Assembly: GCA_038229635.1 (NCBI GenBank)
Contig: JBBROG010000006.1
Coordinates: forward strand, 470 to 64,469
Reading direction: 5' to 3'
Source: Gemmatales bacterium
GTDB lineage: Bacteria > Planctomycetota > Planctomycetia > Gemmatales > Gemmataceae
Length of the DNA stretch: 64,000 nucleotides
Part shown: in pieces, positions 16,663 to 26,072 of the stretch
How the letters are laid out: every line of letters starts with the position of its first letter
Position numbering within the stretch: the stretch's first letter is position 1
The notes under the pieces: model-generated
The model's database searches: none
Told to the model about the DNA's origin: nothing
What the model saw: only the letters and a program-made list of their open reading frames with translations
Made by a program: the position numbers and the translations under genes

Positions 16663-17946
16663 TCAGTCGTGCAGCCGGAACAGCTTGCGCAGGGCGTCGA
16701 GGAGCGTGTGCCCCTCATGCCCGCCGGCTCCCTCCTCCATCGCGTCGCTGAGGGTGCGGATCGGGCCGTGGAGGATCTGGCTCTGCAGCTTGCGGAACGC
16801 CCCCTCGATGTACTGCTTGTCCGCCTCGGTCAGCCGGCCGTTCAGCTTGTGGAACAGGTTGCGGACGATGGCCCGGCGCTTGGCCTCGCACTCCTGCGTC
16901 AGCCGCTCGATCACCGGCCCGACGCGCCGCCGGCTCCACTCCTTCGCGAACGCCCCCGTCTCCTGCTCGACAAGGGCCTCGGCCGGCGCGACGTGCTTGA
17001 GGCGCTCGTGCAGCGTCGCTTCGCGGATGCGCTTCAGGTCGTCGATGTTGAACAGCCAGGTGCGGTCGCCGTCGTGGACGCGGGCGTCGAAGTCGCGCGG
17101 CACGGCGATGTCGAGGATGACCGCCGCCCCCTTCTTCCGCCGCGCCAGCACCTTCTGCCACCGCTCCCAGGTGACGATCGGCTCCGCCGCCCCCGTCGTG
17201 CTGAGGACGACGTCGGCCCGCGCCAGGGCGTCGTCCAGCTCCTCCCAGGGGACCGGCGCCCCGCCGCAGCCCGCTGCCACCGATTGCGCCTTTTCCGGAC
17301 TCCTGTTGGTGACGAGGATGCGCTTCGGCCGCAGCTCGCGCAGGTGGCGGAGCGTCAATTCCCCCATCTTGCCGGCGCCGATGACCAGGACGGTCTTGTC
17401 GTCGAAGTGGGAGAAGACCTCGCGGACGTAGTCGACGGCGGCGCTGGAGACGGACACCTTGCCGCGGGCGATGCCGGTCTCGGTGCGGACGCGCTTGGCG
17501 ACGCGCAGCGCCTGCTGGAAGAGGGCGTTGAGCAGCGGGCCGACGCACTCGCGCCCGTGAGCCGTCTCATACGCCTGGCGCACCTGCCCGGCGATCTGCC
17601 CCTCGCCGACGACGAGGCTGTCGAGGCTGCTCGTCACGCGGAACAGGTGGCGCACCGCGTCCTCGTTCCGGTGCGCGTAGAGGTGAGGCCGCACGTCCGC
17701 GAGAGGCAGGCCGTGGACCTCGGCGAGGAATTCGGCGACGAGGTCGCCGTCGGGGCCGACGTCCGCGCCGGGCCGCGCCAGGTACAACTCGACGCGGTTG
17801 CAGGTGCTGAGGATGACGGCCTCGCAGCCGTAGCGCCCGTTCAGCTCGTCCAGCGAGCGGCCGAGCTTGGCGGCGTCGAAGGCGAGGCGTTCGCGCACGG
17901 CGACCGGCGTGTCGCGGAAGCTACAGCCGACGGCGAGGAGGATCAC
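16663..17946 (-). CDS. hemA: Glutamyl-tRNA reductase
   Basis: Motif LSTCNRVELY (catalytic Cys) and NAD(P)-binding VIGAGKMGE are present. The GTG start at 17946 overlaps the upstream gene stop (GTGA). The N-terminal 280 aa of track ORF 16663..18786 are a spurious extension. Confidence 0.85.
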   Translation of the reverse strand: MILLAVGCSFRDTPVAVRERLAFDAAKLGRSLDELNGRYGCEAVILSTCNRVELYLARPGADVGPDGDLVAEFLAEVHGLPLADVRPHLYAHRNEDAVRHLFRVTSSLDSLVVGEGQIAGQVRQAYETAHGRECVGPLLNALFQQALRVAKRVRTETGIARGKVSVSSAAVDYVREVFSHFDDKTVLVIGAGKMGELTLRHLRELRPKRILVTNRSPEKAQSVAAGCGGAPVPWEELDDALARADVVLSTTGAAEPIVTWERWQKVLARRKKGAAVILDIAVPRDFDARVHDGDRTWLFNIDDLKRIREATLHERLKHVAPAEALVEQETGAFAKEWSRRRVGPVIERLTQECEAKRRAIVRNLFHKLNGRLTEADKQYIEGAFRKLQSQILHGPIRTLSDAMEEGAGGHEGHTLLDALRKLFRLHD

Positions 17947-18773
17947 GGCGTCCCTCCCCCGCTCAGGGTGTGCGGCACGGCGAAGGTCACCACCAACAGG
18001 ACGAAGGCGACAATGGTCAAGAGCGCGACGCGGCGGCCGCGCACGCGCAGGCTGTAGCGGAGGTAAAGCAGGATGGCGAAGACCAGCCACAGGACGAGTG
18101 CGGTCAGGACGCGCGGGTCGGTCCAGCCTTGCAGTTGCGAGGCCGCCTGAGCCATCAGCGCCATGCCGACGAGGACGCCGCCGGTCAGCAGCGGAAACGC
18201 GAGGACGATGGCGCGGCGATTCATCTCCTCCAGGCGTTCGAGGCTGAGCAGGCGCATCCCCTCGGCGGGCGGCGTCTTGGCCCGCAGCCGGCGGGCGTGG
18301 ACGAGGTACATGACGCTGGCGACGAAGCCGACGCAGATGCCGACGCCGGCGAGGAGCAGCAGCGTGCCGTGGACGGCCCCCCAGAAGCGATCGCCCTGGA
18401 AGGCGAACAGCCGGGACAGCCAGAAGCCCTCTTCCTCGCCGGGGTCGCCGTCGAAGAGGGTGCCGAGGCAGACGAGGCCGAGGACGAGCGGCAGCACGAA
18501 CAGCCCCCAGGCGACGCGGCGGTGGTGGAGCGTCCCGTAGAGGTAGAAGACGGCGACGATCCAGGCGAGGAAGAGCAGCGAGCCGTGGCGCGACGACAGC
18601 GGCAACTGCTGGGCGGCGAGGTAGAGCGTGTGCGCCAGCAGCCCGGCGCCGCCGAAGACGAGGGCGGCGAGGCGGTGGATCGGGCGCGGGCGCAGCAGGT
18701 GCAGCAGCTCCAGGCCGAGGGCGACGGCGTAGCTGGCGGCGAAGCAGAAAACGGTGATGCGCTCGTAGGACAT
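17943..18773 (-). CDS. CcsA/HemX-like cytochrome c assembly family membrane protein
   Basis: It is a polytopic membrane protein translationally coupled upstream of hemA, as with hemX-hemA in Firmicutes. Confidence 0.7.
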   Translation of the reverse strand: MSYERITVFCFAASYAVALGLELLHLLRPRPIHRLAALVFGGAGLLAHTLYLAAQQLPLSSRHGSLLFLAWIVAVFYLYGTLHHRRVAWGLFVLPLVLGLVCLGTLFDGDPGEEEGFWLSRLFAFQGDRFWGAVHGTLLLLAGVGICVGFVASVMYLVHARRLRAKTPPAEGMRLLSLERLEEMNRRAIVLAFPLLTGGVLVGMALMAQAASQLQGWTDPRVLTALVLWLVFAILLYLRYSLRVRGRRVALLTIVAFVLLVVTFAVPHTLSGGGTP

Positions 18774-18855
18774 CGGCGTCCCGCACTCCGACAGACGATC
18801 CGTCCGCTTGGGGGGGGCGTGTCCCTTGATTATAGGGGATCGCGCCGCCGGCGCC

Positions 18856-19647
18856 TCACGTCCCGCTGAGCAGTCGCAGGACGACGTCGTGCAGCTTGCC
18901 GTTCGTGGCGAGGACGTCGGGCCGGTCGATGGTGCGGCCGCCCTTCCAGTCGGTCAAGCGCCCGCCTGCCTCTTCGAGGATCGGCACGAGGGCGGCAACG
19001 TCCCACGGATGGACGCCGTGCTCGATCATCACCTCGCCGGCTCCCTCGGCGACGAGGGCGAAGCCGTAGAAGTTGCCGAAGGCGCGCTGCCGCTGCGTGC
19101 GCCGCGTCAGCTCCAGGAAGTCGGCCTCGCGCCGCGCCTTGAAGAATCCGGACAGCGTCGAGCAAAAAAGAAGGGAATGGTCCAGGCTCGCGACGTTCGA
19201 GACGTGCAGGCGGCGGTCGCCGCGGAAGGCCCCGTCGCCGCGCAGGGCGCGGTAGGTGTGGCCGAGGACGGGCAGGACGGCGGCGCCGGCGAACAGCTCG
19301 CCCTTGTACTCGACGCCGACGAGGGTGCCCCACAGCGGGATGCCGCGGACGAAGCTGCGCGTGCCGTCGATGGGGTCGACGACCCAGCGGTAGCCGCTGG
19401 AGCCGGGCCGGGCGCCCGACTCCTCGCCGAGGAAGGCGTCGTCGGGGAAGGCGCCGAGGAGGAGGTCGCGCAGCAGCGCCTCGGCCTCGCGGTCAGCGAA
19501 GGAGACGGGGCTGAGGTCGTCCTTCCAGGCGACCTTGTCGGCGAAGCCGGCGCTGTCGGCGTCGGGGAAGTGCGTCAGCGCCTGCCGCGCCGCCCGCTCG
19601 GCGGCGACGACGGCCAACTCGTAACGGGCGCGCCAGTCGGGGTTCAT
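18856..19647 (-). CDS. Inositol monophosphatase family protein (possible histidinol-phosphatase)
   Basis: Motifs EESG, WVVDPIDGTRSF and WDVAA are present. Confidence 0.85.
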   Translation of the reverse strand: MNPDWRARYELAVVAAERAARQALTHFPDADSAGFADKVAWKDDLSPVSFADREAEALLRDLLLGAFPDDAFLGEESGARPGSSGYRWVVDPIDGTRSFVRGIPLWGTLVGVEYKGELFAGAAVLPVLGHTYRALRGDGAFRGDRRLHVSNVASLDHSLLFCSTLSGFFKARREADFLELTRRTQRQRAFGNFYGFALVAEGAGEVMIEHGVHPWDVAALVPILEEAGGRLTDWKGGRTIDRPDVLATNGKLHDVVLRLLSGT

Positions 19648-19738
19648 GAAGGGAGTATCACTCGCGGTTGGAGGACGCGGGGGGACCGGGGTGGTTTAGG
19701 ACAAAATCCCTCGGCCGCCCACGACGCGCGCGGCGCGG

Positions 19739-19744
19739 TACAAT
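19739..19744 (+). promoter_or_regulatory. TACAAT -10-like box upstream of DUF4058 gene
   Basis: TACAAT lies 40 nt upstream of ATG 19784. GAGGAG SD is at 19771-19776. No good -35 was found. Confidence 0.3.
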
Positions 19745-19783
19745 ACGGGGGAGATCGGCCGCCCGCGCCCGAGGAGTCTCCTC

Positions 19784-20503
19784 ATGCCGCTCCTGGACCA
19801 CTTTCAGCCCCCCCTGAGCGTATCGCACCCCTGGAAGGGCTTCCATAGCGCCTGGGCCAACGCCATCACCAGCCGCCTCAACGAGGTGCTGCCGGAAGGC
19901 TTCTACGCCATCCCGGAAGTCCCTCTCGGCAACACAGTCGAGATCGACGTGGCGACGTTGGAGGAGATCGGCAACGGCGTCGCCGTCGGGGCGGGACCGG
20001 CGACGGCCGTGTGGGCGCCGCCGCGGCCGCGCCTGACCGCCCCCGTCGATTTCACCCGCGTTCACGGGGTCGAGGTCCACGTCTTCCAGGACGACGGCGG
20101 CCCGCGGCTCCGCGCGGCCATCGAACTCGTCAGCCCGAGCAACAAAGACCGCCCGCGCAGCCGACAGACGTTCGCCGCCAAGTGCGTCGGCTACCTGGAG
20201 CACGGCGTCGCCGTCGTCGTGATCGACACCGTGACCCGGCGTAGTGGCAACCTGCACGACGAGATCGTCCGCACCCTGGAGGCGCCCGCCCTCGCCTGGG
20301 GGTCGCCCACTCCCCTGTACGCGGTGGCGTACCGGACGGCCCCGCGGAAGGCGGAAACACTCGTCGAGGTCTGGCCGGAGCCCCTGGCGGTGGGACAAGA
20401 CCTGCCGGCGCTGCCGCTCTGGATCGACGAAGACCTCTGCCTACCCCTGCCCCTCCAGGCCAGCTACGAGGCCGCGTGTCGGTCCCTGCGGATCAGCCTC
20501 TGA
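19784..20503 (+). CDS. DUF4058-like (Uma2-related PD-(D/E)xK fold) protein
   Basis: The N-terminus MPLLDHFQPPL...FHSAWA and the core AAIELVSPSNK are present. Confidence 0.65.
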   Translation: MPLLDHFQPPLSVSHPWKGFHSAWANAITSRLNEVLPEGFYAIPEVPLGNTVEIDVATLEEIGNGVAVGAGPATAVWAPPRPRLTAPVDFTRVHGVEVHVFQDDGGPRLRAAIELVSPSNKDRPRSRQTFAAKCVGYLEHGVAVVVIDTVTRRSGNLHDEIVRTLEAPALAWGSPTPLYAVAYRTAPRKAETLVEVWPEPLAVGQDLPALPLWIDEDLCLPLPLQASYEAACRSLRISL

Positions 20504-20504
20504 C

Positions 20505-22271
20505 TCATTCGTTCGGGACGAGGAACCAGTCGCGCCGGACGATTCGGATCGTCTCCGGGGGAAGTAGAGCCTCGCCGGTGATCCGCGCGACCGCCCAGCC
20601 GCAGGCCGTGGCGACCGAGTCCGTGGACGGCTTCTGGTCCGGGCAGAACGCCCGCAGGCTCGGCACGGCCTCCTTCGCCTTCAGGCGCCCCAGCGCGACG
20701 GCGGACATGCGGCGGACGCGGTTGTCCTCCGGCGGCATCGAGCCGATGTCGTTCAGCCGCGCCTCGAAAGCGGCCGCGAGGGCGGGGACCGCCTTGTCCT
20801 CGTGGAGCAGGCCCAGCGCCCAGATCGCGGCGGCGCGGCTTTCCGGACCCACCGACGCCGCGGCGCCGCGGCCGCCCGAGCGGGGAACGAAGCGCCGCAG
20901 CAGCGCGTCGCCCGGCCCGTACTTTCGCTCCCCGAGGAGTTGGTTGAGCTGCGAGAATTGGTGGTCGAGGATCTCCCCCGTCACGTCACTCCGCTTCCCC
21001 ATCGCGCCGCCGACGTAGCTCACGACGCCGGGCAAAGACTCGGGGACGGCGAGCCGGCGCAGCCCCCACGCCGCCGTGACGCACACTTCCGGCCGTCCCG
21101 ACGCGAGCAGCTCGGCCAGTCGCCCGGCGGCTGGCTTGTGGTCGAGTCGCGCCAACAGGATCGCCGCCTGCTCCTGGCCGCGCCACGACTCCGCCGCCAG
21201 CACTCGCACCGCTTCGGCGATTATCGGAGTGCGTATTTCCTTATTCGCCGTCAGGTCGTGGAGACGCTGGCGGGCCTCGCGGCGCACGTCCGGGTGAAGG
21301 TCGTCGAGTCGGTCGGCGAGGAGGGGAAGATGCTTCTCCGTGGGCACGCGGAAGAGTACCTCGACCGCGAGCGCGCGGAGCTTGGCGTCCGGACTCGCGA
21401 GGAGGCGTTCGAGGTCGGGGACGACGAGTTTCGGGTCGAGATCCGTGAGGCGAGCGACCGCCAGCGCGACCGCCGCCGGCTCGGGGGCGCGCGTGAGGCG
21501 TTGCAGGACTCGGACGGCTTCCGCGCTCGCGTGCCGTTGCAGCAGCGACGCGGCGGCCAGGCGGGCCACGGTGCCGCGCGGCGAGGCGTCGGCGGCCAGG
21601 CGCTCGGCGTCCTTCTCCAGGCCGTCGGCTTTCAACACGCTCAGGGCGCGGGCGGCTTCCAGGCGAATCGCCACGGGGCCGCGCTCCGCCAGCACCAGGT
21701 CGCGGAGCCGGTCCACGGCTTGCGCCTCGCGGACCGTGGCCAGTCCCCGGATGGCGAGGACGAGGTTCCTCGGCGGCGTCGCCGGGTCGCGGAGGCGTTC
21801 GAGCCAGAGCGCGCGGGCGGACGGGTCGTCCCAGCGCGCCAGGGCCGGCTCGACGAGGTCGCGCAGGTCGCTGTCGCCCGACCGCGCGTGCCGGAAGAGG
21901 CTCGGGGCCGCGTCCTTCGCGTCGAGAGCGATCAGCGCCTTCGCCGCCGCGAGCCGGACGGTGGGGTGCTGGTCCGGCCGGTCCAGTGCCGCGAGGAGAG
22001 GAGCGACGGCCGTCTCGAATCCCTTGACGCCGCGGCGATGCGCGAGGGCGATGGCGTCGGCCGCCTTGTACCGCAAGTCCGTGTCCGGGCCCTCGAGCGC
22101 CCTCAGCCACAGGCCCTTCGCCGCCTCGGGAAAAACCATGTCGACGCGCGGGGCGGTCAGTTCCGGGACCGCGTACATCGGCGAATCAACGGCCTCGTCG
22201 AAGTCCGCCCGGCACACGGGGAGACAAGGAATCAGCCAAATGACGAGGAAACGAATCGTCGCTGTCCGCAT
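20505..22271 (-). CDS. Secreted HEAT-repeat protein
   Basis: Internal ATG 22271 gives a signal-like MRTATIRFLVIWLIPCLPVC. Repeated motifs of the type V/LR..AA.AL are present. It is the last gene of the ABC operon. Confidence 0.7.
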   Translation of the reverse strand: MRTATIRFLVIWLIPCLPVCRADFDEAVDSPMYAVPELTAPRVDMVFPEAAKGLWLRALEGPDTDLRYKAADAIALAHRRGVKGFETAVAPLLAALDRPDQHPTVRLAAAKALIALDAKDAAPSLFRHARSGDSDLRDLVEPALARWDDPSARALWLERLRDPATPPRNLVLAIRGLATVREAQAVDRLRDLVLAERGPVAIRLEAARALSVLKADGLEKDAERLAADASPRGTVARLAAASLLQRHASAEAVRVLQRLTRAPEPAAVALAVARLTDLDPKLVVPDLERLLASPDAKLRALAVEVLFRVPTEKHLPLLADRLDDLHPDVRREARQRLHDLTANKEIRTPIIAEAVRVLAAESWRGQEQAAILLARLDHKPAAGRLAELLASGRPEVCVTAAWGLRRLAVPESLPGVVSYVGGAMGKRSDVTGEILDHQFSQLNQLLGERKYGPGDALLRRFVPRSGGRGAAASVGPESRAAAIWALGLLHEDKAVPALAAAFEARLNDIGSMPPEDNRVRRMSAVALGRLKAKEAVPSLRAFCPDQKPSTDSVATACGWAVARITGEALLPPETIRIVRRDWFLVPNE

Positions 22272-22306
22272 GGCGCAAATCCTCTCGCGGTTGTCTCTCT
22301 GTCCGC

Positions 22307-23962
22307 TCATTCCGGCCGGCAGAGTTGCCACGTCCGCAGGCGCAGGAAGGCCAGCAGGGCCACGCAGGCGGAGCCGATGACCCACCAGTTCGCCGGCAGC
22401 AGTTCGTACTGGACGAACCCCGGCGTCTCCGAGGCGCGCAGGGCTGCGGCCACGGGGTCGACGGTCAGGGCGGCCTCGACGGTCGCGTGGCCGAACGGAG
22501 CCTCGCGCCCGAGCCAGACGAGGAGCGGTCCCACGCAGACGGCCAGCAGCGCCAGGTAGGAGGCGGTCGTCGCCGTCGCGGTCGAGCGGAACAGCGTGCT
22601 GACGGCGGCGCTGACGAGGACCGCGAACACCGCCGTCAGCGCCAGACAGGCGACGACGCGCGGAACCTGGTGGGCCAGCGTCGGCTTGACCGTCATCATG
22701 ACCGCGTAGCCCGGCAGCGTCGCGCACAGCAAGAGCAGCAGCGGCCAGGCGACGCTCATCAGCTTGCCGCGTAGAATCGCGCCCGGCGAGAGGGGCGTTG
22801 TCCGCAGCAGCTGCCACGAACCGCTCTCGCGCTCGGCGCTCACCAGGCCCGACGCGAGGCTCGGGGCGAACAGGATCAGCAGGGCGGCCTGGAGCAGCAC
22901 CAGGGCGCCGCCGATCACCTCGACGCCCCACCCCAGGGCGCCCGACGCCGCGACGTAGCTGAGGCCCAGTGACAGAATCGCGCTCAGCGCGATCAGCCGG
23001 AACGTCCAGTGCGAGCGGCCGAAGCGGCGCGAGCGGAACTCCTTCACCATCACCGGATTCACCCACAGGCTCAGGCCGCCGGAGCGGCGCTGCGGGTCGA
23101 CCAGGAACAGGAGCCGGCGAACGGCGCGCTGCCCGCCGGAGCGGTCCTCCGTCATCACGCCCGCCGGCCGGGCGCGGTCGAGGAGCTTGTGATTGAGACG
23201 CGCGAGGGTGGCCAAGGCGCAGATCAAGCTGGCGGCGGAGGCCAGGACGACGTAGCGGCCGACGGCGGGGGAGCCGGCCGCCATGCCGAAGGAGCCGACG
23301 TCCCCCTGGCCCAGGACCTCCATGACGGCCGGGACCGGCGACAGGCAGCGGACCCACGAAGCCAGTTCCGGCAGGGCGCCCGAGCCGCCGCGCAACAGCG
23401 CGTGCGGCGCGAGGGTCAGGACGCAGACGACCAGCACGAGGGCGTAGGTCGCGCGCAGGGCGCCGTCGGTGGACTGGGAACGGCTGCTCACCAACAGTCC
23501 CAGCGTCGACAGTTGCAAGACGGCGAGGCCGAGGACGGCGTAGAGGGCCGCGATGCCGCCGCGCACGCCCGTCCCACCGAGCGCGTAGCACGCGGCCGCG
23601 GCGGGCAGCGTCATCACCAGCAGCGCCGCCGTGAAGCCGAGGACGCCCCCCAGCTTGCCCAGGTAGATCGACCACGGCGGCAGCGGCGAGTTGAGCAACA
23701 GCGCCAGCGTCCCCTTGATCTTCTCGCGGACCAGCGACGTCGCCGGGAACGCCGGCACCATCAGCAAGACGCCCGCCAGCAGGCCGTAGCCGAAGACGCG
23801 CAGCACCTGGAGAGATCGGGCGCCACTGAGGTCCGCCATCTCCCCTGTCGGCCAGCGGACCAGCACCAAAAGGGCGCACGCCAGGCCCAGGCCGAGTTGC
23901 AGGGCGACGGCCTTGCGGGTGCGCAGGACGTCGAGCAATTCCCGTCGAATGATCGGCCTCAC
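22307..23962 (-). CDS. ABC-2 type transporter permease (large, polytopic)
   Basis: The GTG start at 23962 is preceded by GGAGG with a 6-nt spacer. The N-terminus VRPIIRRELLDVLR is typical of ABC-2 permeases. There are about 12 hydrophobic segments. Confidence 0.7.
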   Translation of the reverse strand: MRPIIRRELLDVLRTRKAVALQLGLGLACALLVLVRWPTGEMADLSGARSLQVLRVFGYGLLAGVLLMVPAFPATSLVREKIKGTLALLLNSPLPPWSIYLGKLGGVLGFTAALLVMTLPAAAACYALGGTGVRGGIAALYAVLGLAVLQLSTLGLLVSSRSQSTDGALRATYALVLVVCVLTLAPHALLRGGSGALPELASWVRCLSPVPAVMEVLGQGDVGSFGMAAGSPAVGRYVVLASAASLICALATLARLNHKLLDRARPAGVMTEDRSGGQRAVRRLLFLVDPQRRSGGLSLWVNPVMVKEFRSRRFGRSHWTFRLIALSAILSLGLSYVAASGALGWGVEVIGGALVLLQAALLILFAPSLASGLVSAERESGSWQLLRTTPLSPGAILRGKLMSVAWPLLLLLCATLPGYAVMMTVKPTLAHQVPRVVACLALTAVFAVLVSAAVSTLFRSTATATTASYLALLAVCVGPLLVWLGREAPFGHATVEAALTVDPVAAALRASETPGFVQYELLPANWWVIGSACVALLAFLRLRTWQLCRPE

Positions 23963-24156
23963 GCCTTGCCTCCGCCAGATGTTTTCGCCCCGATGACTCC
24001 GCCGCGCCGCCCGCACGGCTCGGCCGGTCGGAGCGGGAATCCGCGCCCTCTCATTGTCGTCCGCGATGGGGTGTCGATCAAGGTCCGCGATGGGGACAGG
24101 AGATGGCAGGCGGGAAACGGCTCTCCGCGGCGGTCTTTGCTCTTGGACTTGCGGGG

Positions 24157-24165
24157 TGCTACAAT
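24157..24165 (+). promoter_or_regulatory. Extended -10-like box TGCTACAAT
   Basis: It lies 49 nt upstream of ATG 24214. Confidence 0.3.
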
Positions 24166-24213
24166 CGCGCCGGAGCGGACGTCCCGAAGTCGTCGGCCGC
24201 GGGGAGGCGGCGT

Positions 24214-25056
24214 ATGCAGTGGCACCCGGTCTTCGCCGAACTGCTGCGGCCGCTGCTGGCGGGCCACTACGACGTCCGCACGAACGTCCCCGTCGGCGAC
24301 GCGCCGCGCTCGGCCGACATCGTGGTGGTCAGCCGCACCTCGCGCGGGGCGGCGCCGTTCACCGGCCTGTGGCGCCACCTGACGGCGTGGAACGTCCTCG
24401 AGTTCAAAGGGCCGACCGTCTCCGCGCGAGTCCGCGACCTCGACCTCCTCATCGAGTTGGGTCTGGGCATCGCCCGCCGCCTCGCTTCGGAGTGGAAGCG
24501 CCGGGCGCCGGCTCGGAGTCAGGCGACCTTCTGGTACTTGGTGCGGCACGCCGGGGAGCGGTTCCTCCGCGACGCGCGGGCGCTGCTGCGCGGGCTGGAC
24601 GAAGTCGTCGCCGGCGTATGGCGCGGCGAAGTGGTCGGCCACCCAATCCTGCTGGTGAGCGGCCGCGCGGTGGCGGTGGAGCGCGACACGCTGCCGATGC
24701 ACGTCCTGGTCCCGGAGCCGCTGGAGGCGGGGCGGGCGGTGCTGGAGCGGCTGGCGTCGGAGGCGGACCTGTGGGCGCTGTACAGCGCCTGGCTGGCGAC
24801 GCGGTTCCCCGACTTGTGGGAGGAGGTAAGGCACATGGCGAAGCGAACGAAGAAGCCGGATCTGGACATGCGGCCGGTCATCGAGAAGATGGGGCTGGCG
24901 AAGCTGATCGAGCAGATCGGACCCGAGCGGGTCGTCGAGGCGATGGGGGCCGAGCGGGCGATTCAGGCGATGGGGGCCGAGCAAGTTCTCGACTTGTTGG
25001 TCGCGCGACTCACGCCGGACCAGAAGCGCCGGTTGGAGCGCCGCTTGCGGGAATAA
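24214..25056 (+). CDS. PD-(D/E)xK nuclease-fold protein (Rpn/YhgA-like)
   Basis: This is the internal ATG of track ORF 24103..25056. The N-terminus is MQWHPVFAELL. Nuclease-type motifs are SADIVVV ... NVLEFKGP. The C-terminus has repeated AMGAE segments. Confidence 0.6.
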   Translation: MQWHPVFAELLRPLLAGHYDVRTNVPVGDAPRSADIVVVSRTSRGAAPFTGLWRHLTAWNVLEFKGPTVSARVRDLDLLIELGLGIARRLASEWKRRAPARSQATFWYLVRHAGERFLRDARALLRGLDEVVAGVWRGEVVGHPILLVSGRAVAVERDTLPMHVLVPEPLEAGRAVLERLASEADLWALYSAWLATRFPDLWEEVRHMAKRTKKPDLDMRPVIEKMGLAKLIEQIGPERVVEAMGAERAIQAMGAEQVLDLLVARLTPDQKRRLERRLRE

Positions 25057-25100
25057 ACACCAGGAACAGCTAGCGCCGAAGGTAAAGCAGGGTATACCCC

Positions 25101-26072
25101 TCAGATTTCGTCCTTGTCGGATCGGGCGACGGTCATGAATGCTTCCTCCAGGTCGGTTTGCACTTCGCGGAACTGCGCCACGCCCAGGCCGGCCGCGACG
25201 AGGGCCGCGAGCAGCCCGGCCAACTCCTCTTCGCGCTTGGCGGTGCGGAAGCGGACGACGGCCTCGGCCGGCGAGGACGTGACCTCCGCGCCCGGCTCGA
25301 TGTGCCGCCGCACGACCTCCTCGACGCGCGCGATGGGCTCGGCGTGCGTCAGCAAAATCTCCATCGGCCGCAACTGATTGAGCTGGCGCGAGATCTCTTC
25401 CAGCGTGCCGAGGGCGCGGAGCCGCCCGCGCGTGACGATGGCGACCCGGTGACAGACGCGGGCCAGCTCGGGCAGGACGTGGCTGGTGACGAGGAGCGTT
25501 TTCCCGCGCGCCGCCAGGTCGAGGAGCATCTGACGCATCTCGATCCGCGCCTGCGGGTCGAGGCCGTTGGCCGGCTCGTCGAGGATGAGGACTTCGGGGT
25601 CGTGCAGCAGGGTGCGGGCGACGGCGACGCGCTGCTTCATGCCGTGGCTCAGCGCCTCCACGTAGAGGTCGCCGAACGTGCCGGCGCCCGCCAGGTCGAG
25701 TACCTCGCCGACCCGCTTCGCCCGCGCGCGCCGCGGAATGCCGAAGGCGGCGCCGAAGAAGTCGAGGTACTCGGCGACGCGCATGTTGTCGTAGGAGCCG
25801 AACGTGTCGGGCATGTAGCCGACCAGCCGCTTCAGCTTGCGCGCCTCGCGCACGCAGTCCGCCCCGGCGACCGTCGCCGAGCCGCTCGTCGGGCGGGCGA
25901 GGCCGACCAGGATCTTGATTGTCGTCGTCTTGCCCGCGCCGTTCGGCCCGACGAAGCCGAGGATCTGCCCGCGCTCGACCGACAGCGTGAGCCGGTCCAG
26001 CGCCAGGAAGTCGCCGTACTTCTTCGTCAAGTCCTTGGTCTCGACGACGGGTCGGTCGGAATTCATGATCAC
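25101..26072 (-). CDS. ABC transporter ATP-binding protein
   Basis: Walker A is GPNGAGKTT, the signature is LSHGMKQR, and Walker B is LILDEP. Confidence 0.9.
   Translation of the reverse strand: MIMNSDRPVVETKDLTKKYGDFLALDRLTLSVERGQILGFVGPNGAGKTTTIKILVGLARPTSGSATVAGADCVREARKLKRLVGYMPDTFGSYDNMRVAEYLDFFGAAFGIPRRARAKRVGEVLDLAGAGTFGDLYVEALSHGMKQRVAVARTLLHDPEVLILDEPANGLDPQARIEMRQMLLDLAARGKTLLVTSHVLPELARVCHRVAIVTRGRLRALGTLEEISRQLNQLRPMEILLTHAEPIARVEEVVRRHIEPGAEVTSSPAEAVVRFRTAKREEELAGLLAALVAAGLGVAQFREVQTDLEEAFMTVARSDKDEI

Noticed and set aside
16663-18786. Single 707-aa ORF spanning hemA and the upstream gene. The 1124-aa ORF 20505..23879 and the N-terminal extensions of 8054..9796, 8824..10680 and 14733..16718 are similar cases.
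   Set aside because: The N-terminal extensions are R/P-rich. They overlap other real genes or repeat elements. Internal starts supported by SD sequences or start-stop overlaps give proteins of canonical length.
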